From assembly GCA_963847445.1 (NCBI GenBank), contig CAWJZV010000007.1, positions 288,001 through 352,000 on the forward strand: DNA of 64,000 nucleotides, in the 5' to 3' direction. Shown here in pieces: positions 9,776-20,071 of this stretch. The position numbers and the translations under genes were made by a program. The notes under the pieces are model-generated. The model worked only from the letters and a program-made list of their open reading frames with translations, was not told the DNA's origin and did not search any database. Position 1 is the first letter of the stretch. Each line of letters starts with the position of its first letter. This DNA comes from an uncultured delta proteobacterium. Lineage in GTDB: Bacteria; Desulfobacterota; Binatia; UBA9968.

Positions 9776-10817
9776 CTATTTGCCCAGCAATTGTTTCATC
9801 TTCGCGACGATCTCCGGAGGTTGGCTCATCACATCGTTGGCCAGTTTTTCCAATTCCTGGGCCGAGGTCGGATCGAATTCTAGTTTTCTCTTCTTCCCTT
9901 CTGCTAGCACCGATTCGTCGTCCAAAACTTTTGCAAATGCTTCTCGAATAATGTTCACGCGGTCGGCCGGGGTTTTTGGCGGCATGACATAGGGCCGGCC
10001 GAACTGACCGCCAGCTAATACCAGGGTTGTCAGATTTCTGGCGGCGCCTGAGGTTTTGTGTTGATCCATGAGTTCATAGATGGTCGGCGTGTCGCGCAGC
10101 CTGGCATCGCGCTTGTGCCCGGTCTGCACCAAAACGCGGACAAAGTTATTCTTGCGCCAGCTGATGAACGGTTCGCGGGCGAAGAAAGCCGTGACGGTAA
10201 ACGCGCGGCACGCCAACTCCCCTCTTTCGACCGCGAGGTCAATGTCCTGTCCCGCCTGGTAACCCAGTACGACGTCGAACCTGGTTCCGACCACCTCATC
10301 TAACAGCTTCGGTACATAGTAGCCCGTCGAACTGGTGCCGCTGGCGCCGCATTTTGGCGGGGTCGAGGTTTTCATCACGTCGTCGATGGTCTTATACGGC
10401 GTATCCGCGCGCATGTAGAGCAAATGATTCGAAGTCACCGGGCTGCCGATCCAGACAAACTTGGCCCAATCATATTGAACTTCTTTTCGGCCGACGATTT
10501 GATCGAAATAGAGGGCGGGAAAAATTGCCCCGATGGTCAACCCGTCGGGTGACGCAACGGAATAGAGATGATTGGCGGCGATCATCGAACCGGCGCCGGG
10601 CATGTTTTGGACGATGATATTGGGATTGCCGGGGATGTACTTAGGCAGATGCTGCGCGAACAGACGCGCATAGCGTATCGTAGACATCTCCGGCTTTGGT
10701 GCCGGCGATCATCGTTATGGTCTTCCCGGCGTAAAAGGGCGTCTCCGCCATGCCGGCCGCACTCCACAAAACCAACGCGAGCGTCATTGAAGCCAGACGG
10801 ATCATTTGCGGAATCAT
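9776..10817 (-). CDS. tctC: TTT substrate-binding protein (TctC), one frameshift near 10678
   Basis: MIPQMIRL...PFYAGKTITMIAGTKAGDVYD / RYARLFAQHLPKYIPGNPNIIVQNMPGAGS. Confidence 0.85.
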
Positions 10818-10856
10818 GGATAACCTCCTTAAGAAGTTGCGAATTTGATGTTGCCT

Positions 10857-11906
10857 TTATTTTTTTGCCAGCAGTTTTTTCACTCGCGCGACGACACTGG
10901 GCGGCTGGCTGAGCATGGTCTCGGCGAGCTGTTGCAACTCTTCGCCAGGAACAAACTCGACCTCCAATTTTCCTTTCTTGGCTTCGTCAAGCAGGTTTGG
11001 ATCAGCCATCGCTTTGGCGTAAGCATCGCGCATCGTCTTGACGACTTGCGGCGGAAGTGTTGCGGCGGCATCACCCACGGCCGGCCAAAATCGCCGCCGC
11101 GGAGAATGACGTCGGCGACACGCCGGCTCTCTTCCGGAGTGCTTCTCCTTGTCAAAAATCTCGTAGATGGTCGGTGTATCCGGTATGCGCGGGTCGCGCT
11201 TCAAGCCGCCGTAAAGCAATACGTTGACGAAATTTCGCTTACGCCACGATATGAACGGCTCGCGGCCAAAGAATGGCGCAGCGGTAAGACCGCGGCATTG
11301 AACCTCGCCTTTCTCGACGGCCAGATCGATTTCGCTACCACCCGGATAACCCATGACAGTTTCGATCTTGGCGTCAAGCGTGTCTTCGAGCAGACGGGCT
11401 AAGATAAAATCGGTGCCCGCGGTTCCGGTGGAACCGCACTTGGGCGGCGTGCTCGCGTTGCGGATATCTTCGATGGTTTTATAGGGCGCGTCGCTGCGCA
11501 TATACATCAGCACATCGCTCTTCTCCGGCGAACCGATCCAATGAAACTTGCGCACGTCGTACTGCACTTCCTTGCGCCCAACCAATTGGTCCAGGTACAG
11601 TGCCATACGAGCGTCATGGCGACCGTCAATCCATCGGGCTTGGCGACACTGTAAACGTGATTGGCCGCAATCAGCCCGCCGGCGCCCGGCATGTTCTGCA
11701 CGACCATCTCGGGATTGCCGGGCAGGTATTTCGGAACATGGCGCGCCAACAGACGCGACCAGCGATCGTAAAAACCGCCTGAAGTAAAGCCGACGACGAC
11801 TTTGATCGTCTTGCCCTGGTAAAAGGCATCCGCTGCGATGAGTCGTTGGGGAATATCAACCCGCCAAAACAAATCCGAACAAGAGAATGCTTAATCCACG
11901 TTTCAT
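10857..11906 (-). CDS. tctC: TTT substrate-binding protein (TctC), several frameshifts
   Basis: FYQGKTIKVVVGFTSGGFYDRWSR...PGNPEMVVQNMPGAGG spread over ORFs 11507-11872, 10857-11606 and 10880-11155. Confidence 0.85.
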
Positions 11907-12118
11907 AAAACGCTCCTTTTCTTTGGGAAGGTTTCAATCAATTGATATGCTCCTCTGCTCTGCTTGACTCACGAGATCGCGCCGCGTTCTCGGAATCGAC
12001 CTGAGTTCAAAGGTGCGGATCGGGAGATAAGCATCGGCAGCACGACCGCCGGCGTCATTGGAATTTTGAAACTAAAGATATCGCTCAGGAATTGAGTCGG
12101 GTCCAAGGTGTAACCTCG

Positions 12119-12677
12119 TCATCCAATTGGACTATGCGGCAGGTGCGCAACGGTTACCGGCAACCATTCAAACAGCGCGCCTTGGGGAAACGGCAGCTGC
12201 AACGCGTAATCGAACAAGCCGAAGAAAAACAACCAGCAGCAGCCGTGATCGCCAACGTCACCGGCCATCGTCTCACCGGCGCCGAATTTCAAGTAAAGAA
12301 ACGTCGCGATCGCCGAGGCCGGGATAAATCCGAGGATCCAAATGGCGATGAAAAAGCCGACGATCCAACAACCGATGGCGAAAGTGCGCTGTCGCTCGAC
12401 GATCGGCTCGATCTCGGGTTCGTCAGTATCGCGAACTGGCCGTCCACGATTTTGATTTCTCGGGTGGATGTCAGCGACTTCCTTGGCAGAGATGTAGAGC
12501 GCCAGCGACCAGGCACGGCACGCCGACCACCCAAGGGAATATTCCCGCGCGCGGCTCGAAGGCGCCGAAGCCGTACATCGCCTCGTAAACTACGTAGCTC
12601 ATGATCCCGACGATCAGCAGGGCAAAGACAGCGCCGGTTATGCGAGTCAGCAGCGGCACACGAACGATCCGCGTCAC
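12119..12677 (-). CDS. tctB: TctB small permease, frameshifted
   Basis: GTG overlapping the tctA stop; AGIFPWVVGVP ... WIVGFFIAIWILGF ... GLFDYALQLPFPQG in shifted frames. Confidence 0.72.
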
Positions 12678-14250
12678 GGCGCACCTTCTTGCGCCGCCTC
12701 GGAGGTAGTCCGCGCTCTCGCTGCGTGCGTTTTGAACCAGACCCTGCAAGTAGGGATAAAGTGTGCCGAACAGAATGATCGCGCCGATGACCAGAACACC
12801 TGGGTGAAGGAGCCAACTGTAGCCGTAAATGCGACTGGCGATGAACAGATTGTTCTCGCGATCCCGCCGAAAACCAAGCCGAGCAATAGCGGCGGGCGCT
12901 GCCAGTCGAACTTGACCATGAACCAGCCGATCGTGCCGAAAAGCAGCACCAGCAGCATATCGCCGAAGCTGTTTTTAACCGCGAAGCCGCCGAGGTAGAT
13001 CAACAGCAGCAGAAGCGGGATCAAGTAACGTCCCTTTGATGAAGGTGATCTTGGCGAGCTGATTGAGGAAACAGAAAGCAGATCGCCACGGTGATGACAT
13101 TGGTGATGACGATGATCCAGACGAAGGACATGGTGAGGGTCAGATGCTTGGCCGGGTTGAGTAGATCCGGGCCGGGCACGATGCCTTGAATGATGAAGGC
13201 GCCGAGCAGGATCGCCATCGAGACGCTGCCGGGAACACCGAAGGCCAGCGTGGGAATCAACGAGCCGCCTTCTTTGGAATTGTTCGCTGCGCCGGGACCG
13301 AGAACGCCTTCGACGGCGCCTTTACCGAAGCGCTCTTTTCCGGGAGAGGTCTGCACCGCGTGGGCGTAAGCCAGCCACTGCGCCGGTCCGCCGCCCATGC
13401 CGGGAATCAGGCCGATGTAGGCGCCGATGCCGCTGCAGCGCAGCACGAGCTTCCAGTGACGGAAAGGTGTCCTTGACCCCTTCCATGACCCCGCCTAATT
13501 TGGTCGGCGCCCTATCGCCGGCGATGCTCGTGCCTTTGACGGCGAGATCGATGATCTCGGGAATCGCGAAGAGTCCGACGGTGACGGCAATGAGCGAGAT
13601 GCCGTCCCAAAGAAACAACGCGTTGTCTTCGCCCAACAGCCCTTCGAGGGTAAAACGCGGCACGCTTTCAATCGGATCGAGGCCGACCATCGCGAGCACC
13701 AGGCCGAGGCCGCCGGCCACCAGACCCTTGGGCACGTTCTCGCCGCTGAGGGACGCGACGAAAGTGATGCCGAGGAGCGCGAGCATGAAAAATTCCGCCG
13801 AGCCGATCGAGAGCACCAGCGGGGCTGACGATTGGAATCGCCAACGCCAGCATGAAGGCGCCGAACACCGCGCCGACCAGAGAGCTCATGAGCGCCGCGC
13901 CGAGCGCGCGTCCGGCTTCACCGTGCTTCGCCATCGGATGACCGTCGACAATGGTCGCGGCGGTGATCCCTTCGCCGGGAACACCGAACAGCACCGAGGT
14001 TATGTCTCCCGGTCGTCGCGGTCACGGCGTTGGAGCCCAGGAGGAAGGCAAACGCCGTGATCGGGTCCATGTTGTAGATAAACGGCAACATGAGCGCCAG
14101 GGTGGTGGCGCCGCCAAGACCGGGGAGGATGCCGACGGCGAAGCCGATCGCCATGCCGAGCATCATGTAAAGAAACGTCTCCGTGCCTTGCGCGGATAGC
14201 GGCAAGAACTTTATCAGCCCGTCGTTGAACGCGTTCAGGTACTCCAGCAT
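12674..14250 (-). CDS. tctA: TctA large permease, frameshifted into about five pieces
   Basis: GMAIGFAVGILPGLGG, LFGVPGEGITAATIVDGHPMAKHGEAG, GAYIGLIPGMGG, GAANNSKEGG, RPPLLLGLV. Confidence 0.9.
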
Positions 14251-14314
14251 ATACCCTCCTCTAGCAGAGTTTGGGCGTCGGCTTAGCGTCGGTCCATCCG
14301 ATATTTCGCTTTGC

Positions 14315-15388
14315 TCAAACTGGTCGTGATTTCGTCAGTTCGTCTGCTTTCGCACGAGAAACTGCAGACCTTCTTTCGCCTTGGGCGAAATGTTCAGGAT
14401 ATCTTTGACCAAGCCCGTTGATTTCGTCGGCCGAGACATACTCCATCACCAGCTTCGACTTTTTCGCCTCGGCCTTGAACTCCGGATCTTCGAGGGTCGC
14501 TTTGAACGCTTTGCGCAGGATTTCGACTCGGTCTTTCGGAATTCCCGGCGGCGCCACATACGGGCGCTGGAATTCATATTGATTGATCCAGGCGTTGAAG
14601 AGCTGAACTCCGTCGCTGCCGCCTTTCGCTTTGATGTAGTCTCGAATGATCGGCACGTTGGCGACCTCGGGGTCCTCCCATTTCTTGTGATTGAGAATGG
14701 GAATGAGTTTTTGATCGCCGCTAGCGTCCAACATCGCTCGCGCCGTTACCCGCGCCGACTCCCATCCCCAGCAGCCGCCGTCGAGTTCCTTCGATCGCAT
14801 GGCGACCGTGATCAGCGAGGTGCCCTTGTAGCCGTTGATCACGTTGAACTTGGTGCCGACCGTCTGATTCAAGATCATCGGCAGGTCGTTGTAGGTCGAG
14901 CCCGCTCGCGTGGAGCCCATCTTGAGTTCCCTGCCGGAGCTGACGACTTCGTCTATGGACTTCAGACCGGTATGGGCCATGATGCTGCAGCTCGGCGATC
15001 CCTTGATCGGCGCACCGATCCAGTTGAGTTTGCTCCCATCCAACCGGACGGCCCGGTCGCCCAGCGCCTGATACAGAACATAGGCGCTGTTCCATACGCC
15101 GATGAACGTGCCGTCGCGGTCAGCTTTGTTGTAAGTGTAGTTGGCCGCAATCAGCCCGCCGGCGCCTTCCATGTTGTCGACGACGAAGCTCGGATTGCCC
15201 GGAATATGTTTGCCCATGTGGCGCGCGATGATGCGCGCATAGGTGTCATAGCCGCCGCCGGCGGCCAAGCCCACGGTGACGCGAATCGTTTTACCGGCGT
15301 AAAAATCCGCAGCCGCCGCTTGCTGGGTGCCCCCCGCCGCCAGAATTCCGGTGATGGCCAATGGCAGCAATAATTTTCCATAATTCAT
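14315..15388 (-). CDS. tctC: TTT substrate-binding protein (TctC), probable frameshift near the 3' end
   Basis: FYAGKTIRVTVGLAAGGGYDTYARIIARHMGKHIPGNP; close paralog of 8588-9625. Confidence 0.9.
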   Translation of the reverse strand: MNYGKLLLPLAITGILAAGGTQQAAAADFYAGKTIRVTVGLAAGGGYDTYARIIARHMGKHIPGNPSFVVDNMEGAGGLIAANYTYNKADRDGTFIGVWNSAYVLYQALGDRAVRLDGSKLNWIGAPIKGSPSCSIMAHTGLKSIDEVVSSGRELKMGSTRAGSTYNDLPMILNQTVGTKFNVINGYKGTSLITVAMRSKELDGGCWGWESARVTARAMLDASGDQKLIPILNHKKWEDPEVANVPIIRDYIKAKGGSDGVQLFNAWINQYEFQRPYVAPPGIPKDRVEILRKAFKATLEDPEFKAEAKKSKLVMEYVSADEINGLGQRYPEHFAQGERRSAVSRAKADELTKSRPV

Positions 15389-15418
15389 AATCAGTCCTCC
15401 TCACTATCAATACTGGAG

Positions 15419-16432
15419 TTAAAACTTGCTCATCGTAGATCCGCCGTAGAGTTTTTCGAGAAATCCGCTTTGCTTGAGTTTTTTGACGAAGCGCAGGTCG
15501 ACAAAATTTTCCGCCTTCGCGCTGCCTGCTTTTGGGTCCCAATTGGCCTGGACTGCTAGTGTATCGTTTAGCCCTTCCAACGTAGGATGAGTGTCTTCTT
15601 GCAAAAGCTCGCTGTAAGCCGACCAAGAGCCTTCCAGAACCTCGGCTTTCTGCCCGCGGGTATACTTGGACATGATCTTGATGGTTTCCCGCTTGTTGTG
15701 CTTAAAAAAATGCACCGCCTCGGCCACCGCCTTGACCAGGTTCTCGACGGTCTGGGGGCGCCGCTGAATCAGCGCTGTCGACGCCACCGCGCAGGAGAAT
15801 TGAAACGGGATTTTCAATTTGGCCATGTCGACGATGAGCTTTAGTCCTGCCGTCTCACCGAGAATTTTTCCTGAATCGGTGACCATGGTAAAATCCACCT
15901 GCCCATTGATCACCGCCGCAACCCGCGCCGTTGCGCCGCCGATCATAACCGCTTGGATATCTTTGTAGTCGATGCCGAATTTGCGCAGCGCCAAGCGCAC
16001 GGCGAAGTCGGCGGACGTGCCCGGGATGTGGCTGGCGGCGGTGCGACCCTTGAGGTCTTCCGGTGATTTAATCTCGGGCTTGCCGATGATGTAGTAGGGA
16101 AGGGTATTGACAAGACTGTTGACGATCACAACGTCGCCGCCGGCTAATTTACCGTTGATCGCCGAAGTCCCCACCGCGCCGGCGAAGTCTATGTCGCCGG
16201 CGATCATGCTCTGGACTCCCCGCGTGCTGCCGTTGATAAATATCAGCTCGGTATCCAGGCCGTACTTCTTGAACATCCCGGCTTCCTTGGCGATCCAGTA
16301 GGGCGCCGAGGACCCTGGGGAATCCGAGATGTAAGCGAAACGCACCTTGTCCGCTGCCAGAGCATTACCCTGAAAACCGAATAATGTGGCGAGCATGGCA
16401 ACGCCCACGAGCATCGCATTTTTATTCATCAC
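15419..16432 (-). CDS. ABC transporter substrate-binding protein, NMT1/SsuA/TauA family
   Basis: Signal peptide; YWIAKEAGMFKKYGLDTEL, IKSPEDLKG, FVDLRFV. Confidence 0.85.
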   Translation of the reverse strand: MMNKNAMLVGVAMLATLFGFQGNALAADKVRFAYISDSPGSSAPYWIAKEAGMFKKYGLDTELIFINGSTRGVQSMIAGDIDFAGAVGTSAINGKLAGGDVVIVNSLVNTLPYYIIGKPEIKSPEDLKGRTAASHIPGTSADFAVRLALRKFGIDYKDIQAVMIGGATARVAAVINGQVDFTMVTDSGKILGETAGLKLIVDMAKLKIPFQFSCAVASTALIQRRPQTVENLVKAVAEAVHFFKHNKRETIKIMSKYTRGQKAEVLEGSWSAYSELLQEDTHPTLEGLNDTLAVQANWDPKAGSAKAENFVDLRFVKKLKQSGFLEKLYGGSTMSKF

Positions 16433-16735
16433 GCCTCCTTTTTTTTGGCCGGCAGATCGACTCTAATATTGCCCACGGACTGGGTCACGTTTATGATCAG
16501 TCGCCGCATACGTCGTTGATTCCATCTCCATTTCCCCGACACTTGTGTTCACGCACTCAGTGAATCCCAAAGATCTCCCGAAACAAGCTGACTGATTTTT
16601 GAAAATTGACATGGCTATCCGGCCTATCGACGAAAATTATCACTCGGCTGTATCGACAAAATCTTATCCAAAGACGATTAAAGTCCGCGCCTGTTACGAT
16701 GCCCAACCTCAACCTTGGCCCACCCACGCGCACTT

Positions 16736-17197
16736 TCAGTCGCCGCGTAGAAAATAGCTGTTCTTACCGCCTTCGCGCAGATGGATATCTCTGACGATGA
16801 CGATCCGACGGGCGAAACGCGCCAAAATCGTGTAGCTGCCGGGCGGCAGTTGAATAAAAAATGATGGCGCACGAACAGCAATTTGCTCGACCCTGCTGCC
16901 GTCATTGGGTGCGATCAGCAACCAAACTTGCGAAGCGAAAACTCCCGATCTGCGGGCAAAGAATAATCTGAGGTTGTACGGCGCGGAGGCGCGCTCCATG
17001 GCTTGCTTTTCATCGAAGCTAATGCCCCCGGCGAGGTAGGGATGGCCCGCCGGCGTATGCGCTTTGATCAAGTTCGCCTCTGGATACTGTGGCTTGCGGC
17101 CGCTGCTTGGGCTGGGGCCGGAGGCTGCGAGAAGTACGATCAAGGCCAGCGCCAATCGTTGCCAAAATCCGCGACCGAGTTTTTCCTGGTTCATCAC
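16736..17197 (-). CDS. Exported protein with carboxypeptidase-regulatory-like beta domain
   Basis: Signal peptide; YLAGGISFDEKQAM...YNLRLFFA...FFIQLPPGSYTI pattern. Confidence 0.6.
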   Translation of the reverse strand: MMNQEKLGRGFWQRLALALIVLLAASGPSPSSGRKPQYPEANLIKAHTPAGHPYLAGGISFDEKQAMERASAPYNLRLFFARRSGVFASQVWLLIAPNDGSRVEQIAVRAPSFFIQLPPGSYTILARFARRIVIVRDIHLREGGKNSYFLRGD

Positions 17198-17577
17198 CGT
17201 TCCTGTACCTCAGACGACGACGCCCGTTGTCTGCTCAGAAAATCCGGCTCACGCAAGCGTTTTTGCAGCTCCCGGCGCGTCATGACCTCGCTGCCTGCGA
17301 TCTGATGATCAAGCAGCAGGCGAAGAAACCGTTTGGAGGTTTTAACTCCGTGCTGCAATAGCACGATAATTTTGGCGGCGGGGCATAAGTCTCTGAGGTT
17401 AAAAATGGTTTCGGCGACGTTTAGCAGCGAATGCTGTGACAGCATCAACGCGCCGTCGAGCGCTTGGTGGCGGGCAATATCCAGTGCGGTCTCTCGATTT
17501 CCGGCGCACAAGACCTCATACCCCGCGGCCTGAAAACGTCTCTCTAAAACATGATTACGATCCACGCCGATCAGCAT
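17194..17577 (-). CDS. Stand-alone degenerate receiver-like domain protein
   Basis: AAGYEVLCAGNRETALDIARHQALDGALML...CPAAKIIVL receiver fold without phospho-Asp. Confidence 0.55.
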   Translation of the reverse strand: MLIGVDRNHVLERRFQAAGYEVLCAGNRETALDIARHQALDGALMLSQHSLLNVAETIFNLRDLCPAAKIIVLLQHGVKTSKRFLRLLLDHQIAGSEVMTRRELQKRLREPDFLSRQRASSSEVQER

Positions 17578-17699
17578 GATCTTTCCGCGTCGGATGCGCG
17601 CGGACGTAATCCAGTCAGCGAGTTTTTTCCGACCGGCGCTCCCCCAGCGCGGGCTTCATCGTAAAAATGTCCTCCGTGTTAGCGCCGAGTCGGCGCTCG

Positions 17700-18132
17700 C
17701 TAGACCGATATCCTTGGGTCACGCAGCCTGCGTCGATATCGAAGCGGCTCGCGGATGCGCCTTTGCGGACCATTGCCTCTGGTGCTTTCCATGGCGCCGC
17801 GCCAGCGCGTCAATCCTTTGCGCAAATAACTCGGATCGAGTTGTAACGCCTCGCAAACATGCTCGAAGGAATAGAGAGTTCTGACCGTTGCCGCCAAAAA
17901 TCCATGCCTCGGCCTCTTGGAAGATCTTGCGGCAACGCCGGCTCTTGGCACCGGCGTATTTTTGCAGACTCTCAATCGCGTTGGTCAAAACCGCGAACAT
18001 CAGCCTCATTTCCGGCAGCAAGTGATCGCGTCGCTGAAAGGTCGTCGAATATTCAAACGATGTCAGGACATCCGGTTCCAGATAAGTGTTAATTCTAAAT
18101 GGTTGGGCGGTGCGGCGTGCTGTTGATTCCAT
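17700..18132 (-). CDS. Conserved hypothetical protein, one frameshift near 17880
   Basis: RLMFAVLTNAIESLQKY...EAEAWIFG / LYSFEHVCEALQLDPSYLRKGL; GGGGAG RBS. Confidence 0.7.
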
Positions 18133-18158
18133 TAACTCCCCCTGTGTCGATGCGCTGG

Positions 18159-18175
18159 AGCAAGAACCAAACCAG
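18159..18175 (-). promoter_or_regulatory. Putative sigma54 promoter
   Basis: CTGGTTTGGTTCTTGCT (GG-N10-GC), about 27 bp upstream of ATG 18132. Confidence 0.6.
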
Positions 18176-18288
18176 CGGCGGAAGCTATGGAAAAGTAATC
18201 ACTATTGGGTCTAAAGACGGATTAATAGAGTGCCGGTGATCAGTTGTCGTGCCGGTTCTTCACACTCAGCAGTAGAAACCGCAGATCG

Positions 18289-18402
18289 TGTAAACAAGAT
18301 GCACACAAAGCGCCACTCATTGCCGCCAAACAAAAAGAAACGGCTGTAGGTTTAGAAACTTAGATGAGCTTTATGTGGAGGGCACTGCGCAAAAAATGCA
18401 CA
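18289..18402. promoter_or_regulatory. Two putative EBP upstream activator sites
   Basis: TGTAAA-CAAGA-TGCACA (18289) and TGCGCA-AAAAA-TGCACA (18386). Confidence 0.5.
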
Positions 18403-18403
18403 G

Positions 18404-19766
18404 TCAGGACAAATGATGTCTGTCCATCTTGTTATAAAGCGCGCGCCGGCTGATGCCGAGTACCGATGCGGCTTGTTTTTTGTTGCCGTTTACCGAAGCG
18501 AGGGTTAGCTGGATAAGTTCTTTTTCGACGGCGCCAAGGGTTAGTCCGACTGATAAGGAGCACGAGAGTGCGCTGCTGCGGCTGCCGAGAACCGATAGGT
18601 TCTTGATTCGTTGCGGCACCAGATCCGGCGTGAGATTTTTGCCGTCGGCCATAAGCACGGCGGTCTGTATGACGTTTTTCAACTCGCGGACGTTGCCAGG
18701 CCAGGAATAATGGCGTAACAAGCGATAGGTTTCTGGCGCGACCTGATCAATTTCTTTGCCGTAGAGCTTGGCAAATACCGTGACGAAGTGGTCGGTGAGC
18801 ACGGTCACAGCGCCGGGACGATCGCGCAATGAGGGCACGGCGATATGAAAAACATTCAAGCGATAAAAAAGATCCTCGCGAAAGCGTTTTTCGGCGACAC
18901 TCTTGTCGAGATCTTCGTTGGCGGCGGCAATGATTCGAACGTCGGCGGCAATAGTCTTAACGCCGCCGACCCGGCGGAACGATTTTTCCTCCAAGACGCG
19001 CAGCAAACTGATTTGCGTCTTGGCATCCATGGTGGCGATCTCATCGAGAAATACCGTGCCGCCATGGGCTTGCTCGAAGATCCCAGGACGGGAATCCTGC
19101 GCTCCGGTATAGGCGCCCCGTTCATGGCCGAAAATTTCACTGGCAATGAGTTCAGGGGCCATGGCTCCCGTGTTAATCGCGACGAACGGCTGGTCCTTGC
19201 GCCGGCTCCGCTTATGGATGCCAGCGGCAAGAAGATCTTTGCCGGTTCCAGTCTCGCCGGTGATAAGTATAGGAACATCGACGTTCGCCGCTTCCATGGC
19301 GCGCCGCACCACCGCGCGCATGGGTAAACTAACGGTGATCATGCCCTCGAATTCGATCGGAATATCGGACAGCGTTTCGGCTGGCAGGCGGCCATTCCTG
19401 CGGGGACTGACAAGGAAGAAAGCGCTCGACTAGCCGCAGCCACTCGTGTTCGTCGGATGGCTCTTTTTCGAAGTGTACGTTGCTACACGGAGGCCGAAAA
19501 CCAAGCGGTTCGTCGCCGCTTGTTAAAACGACAACCTTGGTTCTCGCGCCTTTCGGCGCAAGGGACGTAAGCGTGTTGCGCAGATCACTGAGCTCGCTTA
19601 AAGAGTATGCCGACGCACGCCATAGAACTAAATCGAATTTGTGACCGTTGAGTTTCTCCCGAGCCGCGCTCAAACATGGCACTGATGTCACGTTCACGGC
19701 TTCCGCAATTAGGTGAAGTGAGCGGGGAAACCCTTGTTCAGACGCGATAACGAGTATGCAGGCCAT
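18404..19766 (-). CDS. Sigma54-dependent enhancer-binding regulator (degenerate REC, AAA+, Fis HTH), frameshift near 19335
   Basis: ITGETGTGKD, SEIFGHERGAYTGA, FLDEI, WPGNVREL, AASVLGISRRALYNK. Confidence 0.9.
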
Positions 19767-19802
19767 ACATTTCTCGAAAGGGTTATGTCTATCACGAAGC
19801 TT

Positions 19803-20010
19803 TATACTACGACTTAAGACCTAGTATAGCCATGTACTACTACGACTTATGATTATGGTAAACGCATATGCAAAAACCACCTTCGGTGCTAGCTGATATA
19901 CTCAAAAATGTTATTTTGCAAGAGTTTTAGCGTATTATTCGTATCTGGCACCAATAATTTAAAGCTGGAAGTGACGTCTAAGCCAAATCTACGACTATAG
20001 TCTTAGATTT
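19803..20010. promoter_or_regulatory. AT-rich intergenic region with repeated 7-2-7 palindromic operators
   Basis: TATACTACGACTTAAGACCTAGTATA (19803-19828), TACGACTTATGATTAT (19841), AAATCTACGACTATAGTCTTAGATTT (19985-20010). Confidence 0.6.
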
Positions 20011-20071
20011 ATCTAGCTTTTAAATCTTCGTGATAATCGCGAATGAAGATGAATTCTTCGCATCGGTCGAT

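Noticed and set aside
14381-15373. 330-aa plus-strand ORF
   Set aside because: Antisense shadow of tctC caused by codon bias; no motifs
19770-20070. Possible CRISPR or dif/att site in the AT-rich repeats
   Set aside because: No regular repeat-spacer period, no cas or recombinase gene, no match to the XerD arm
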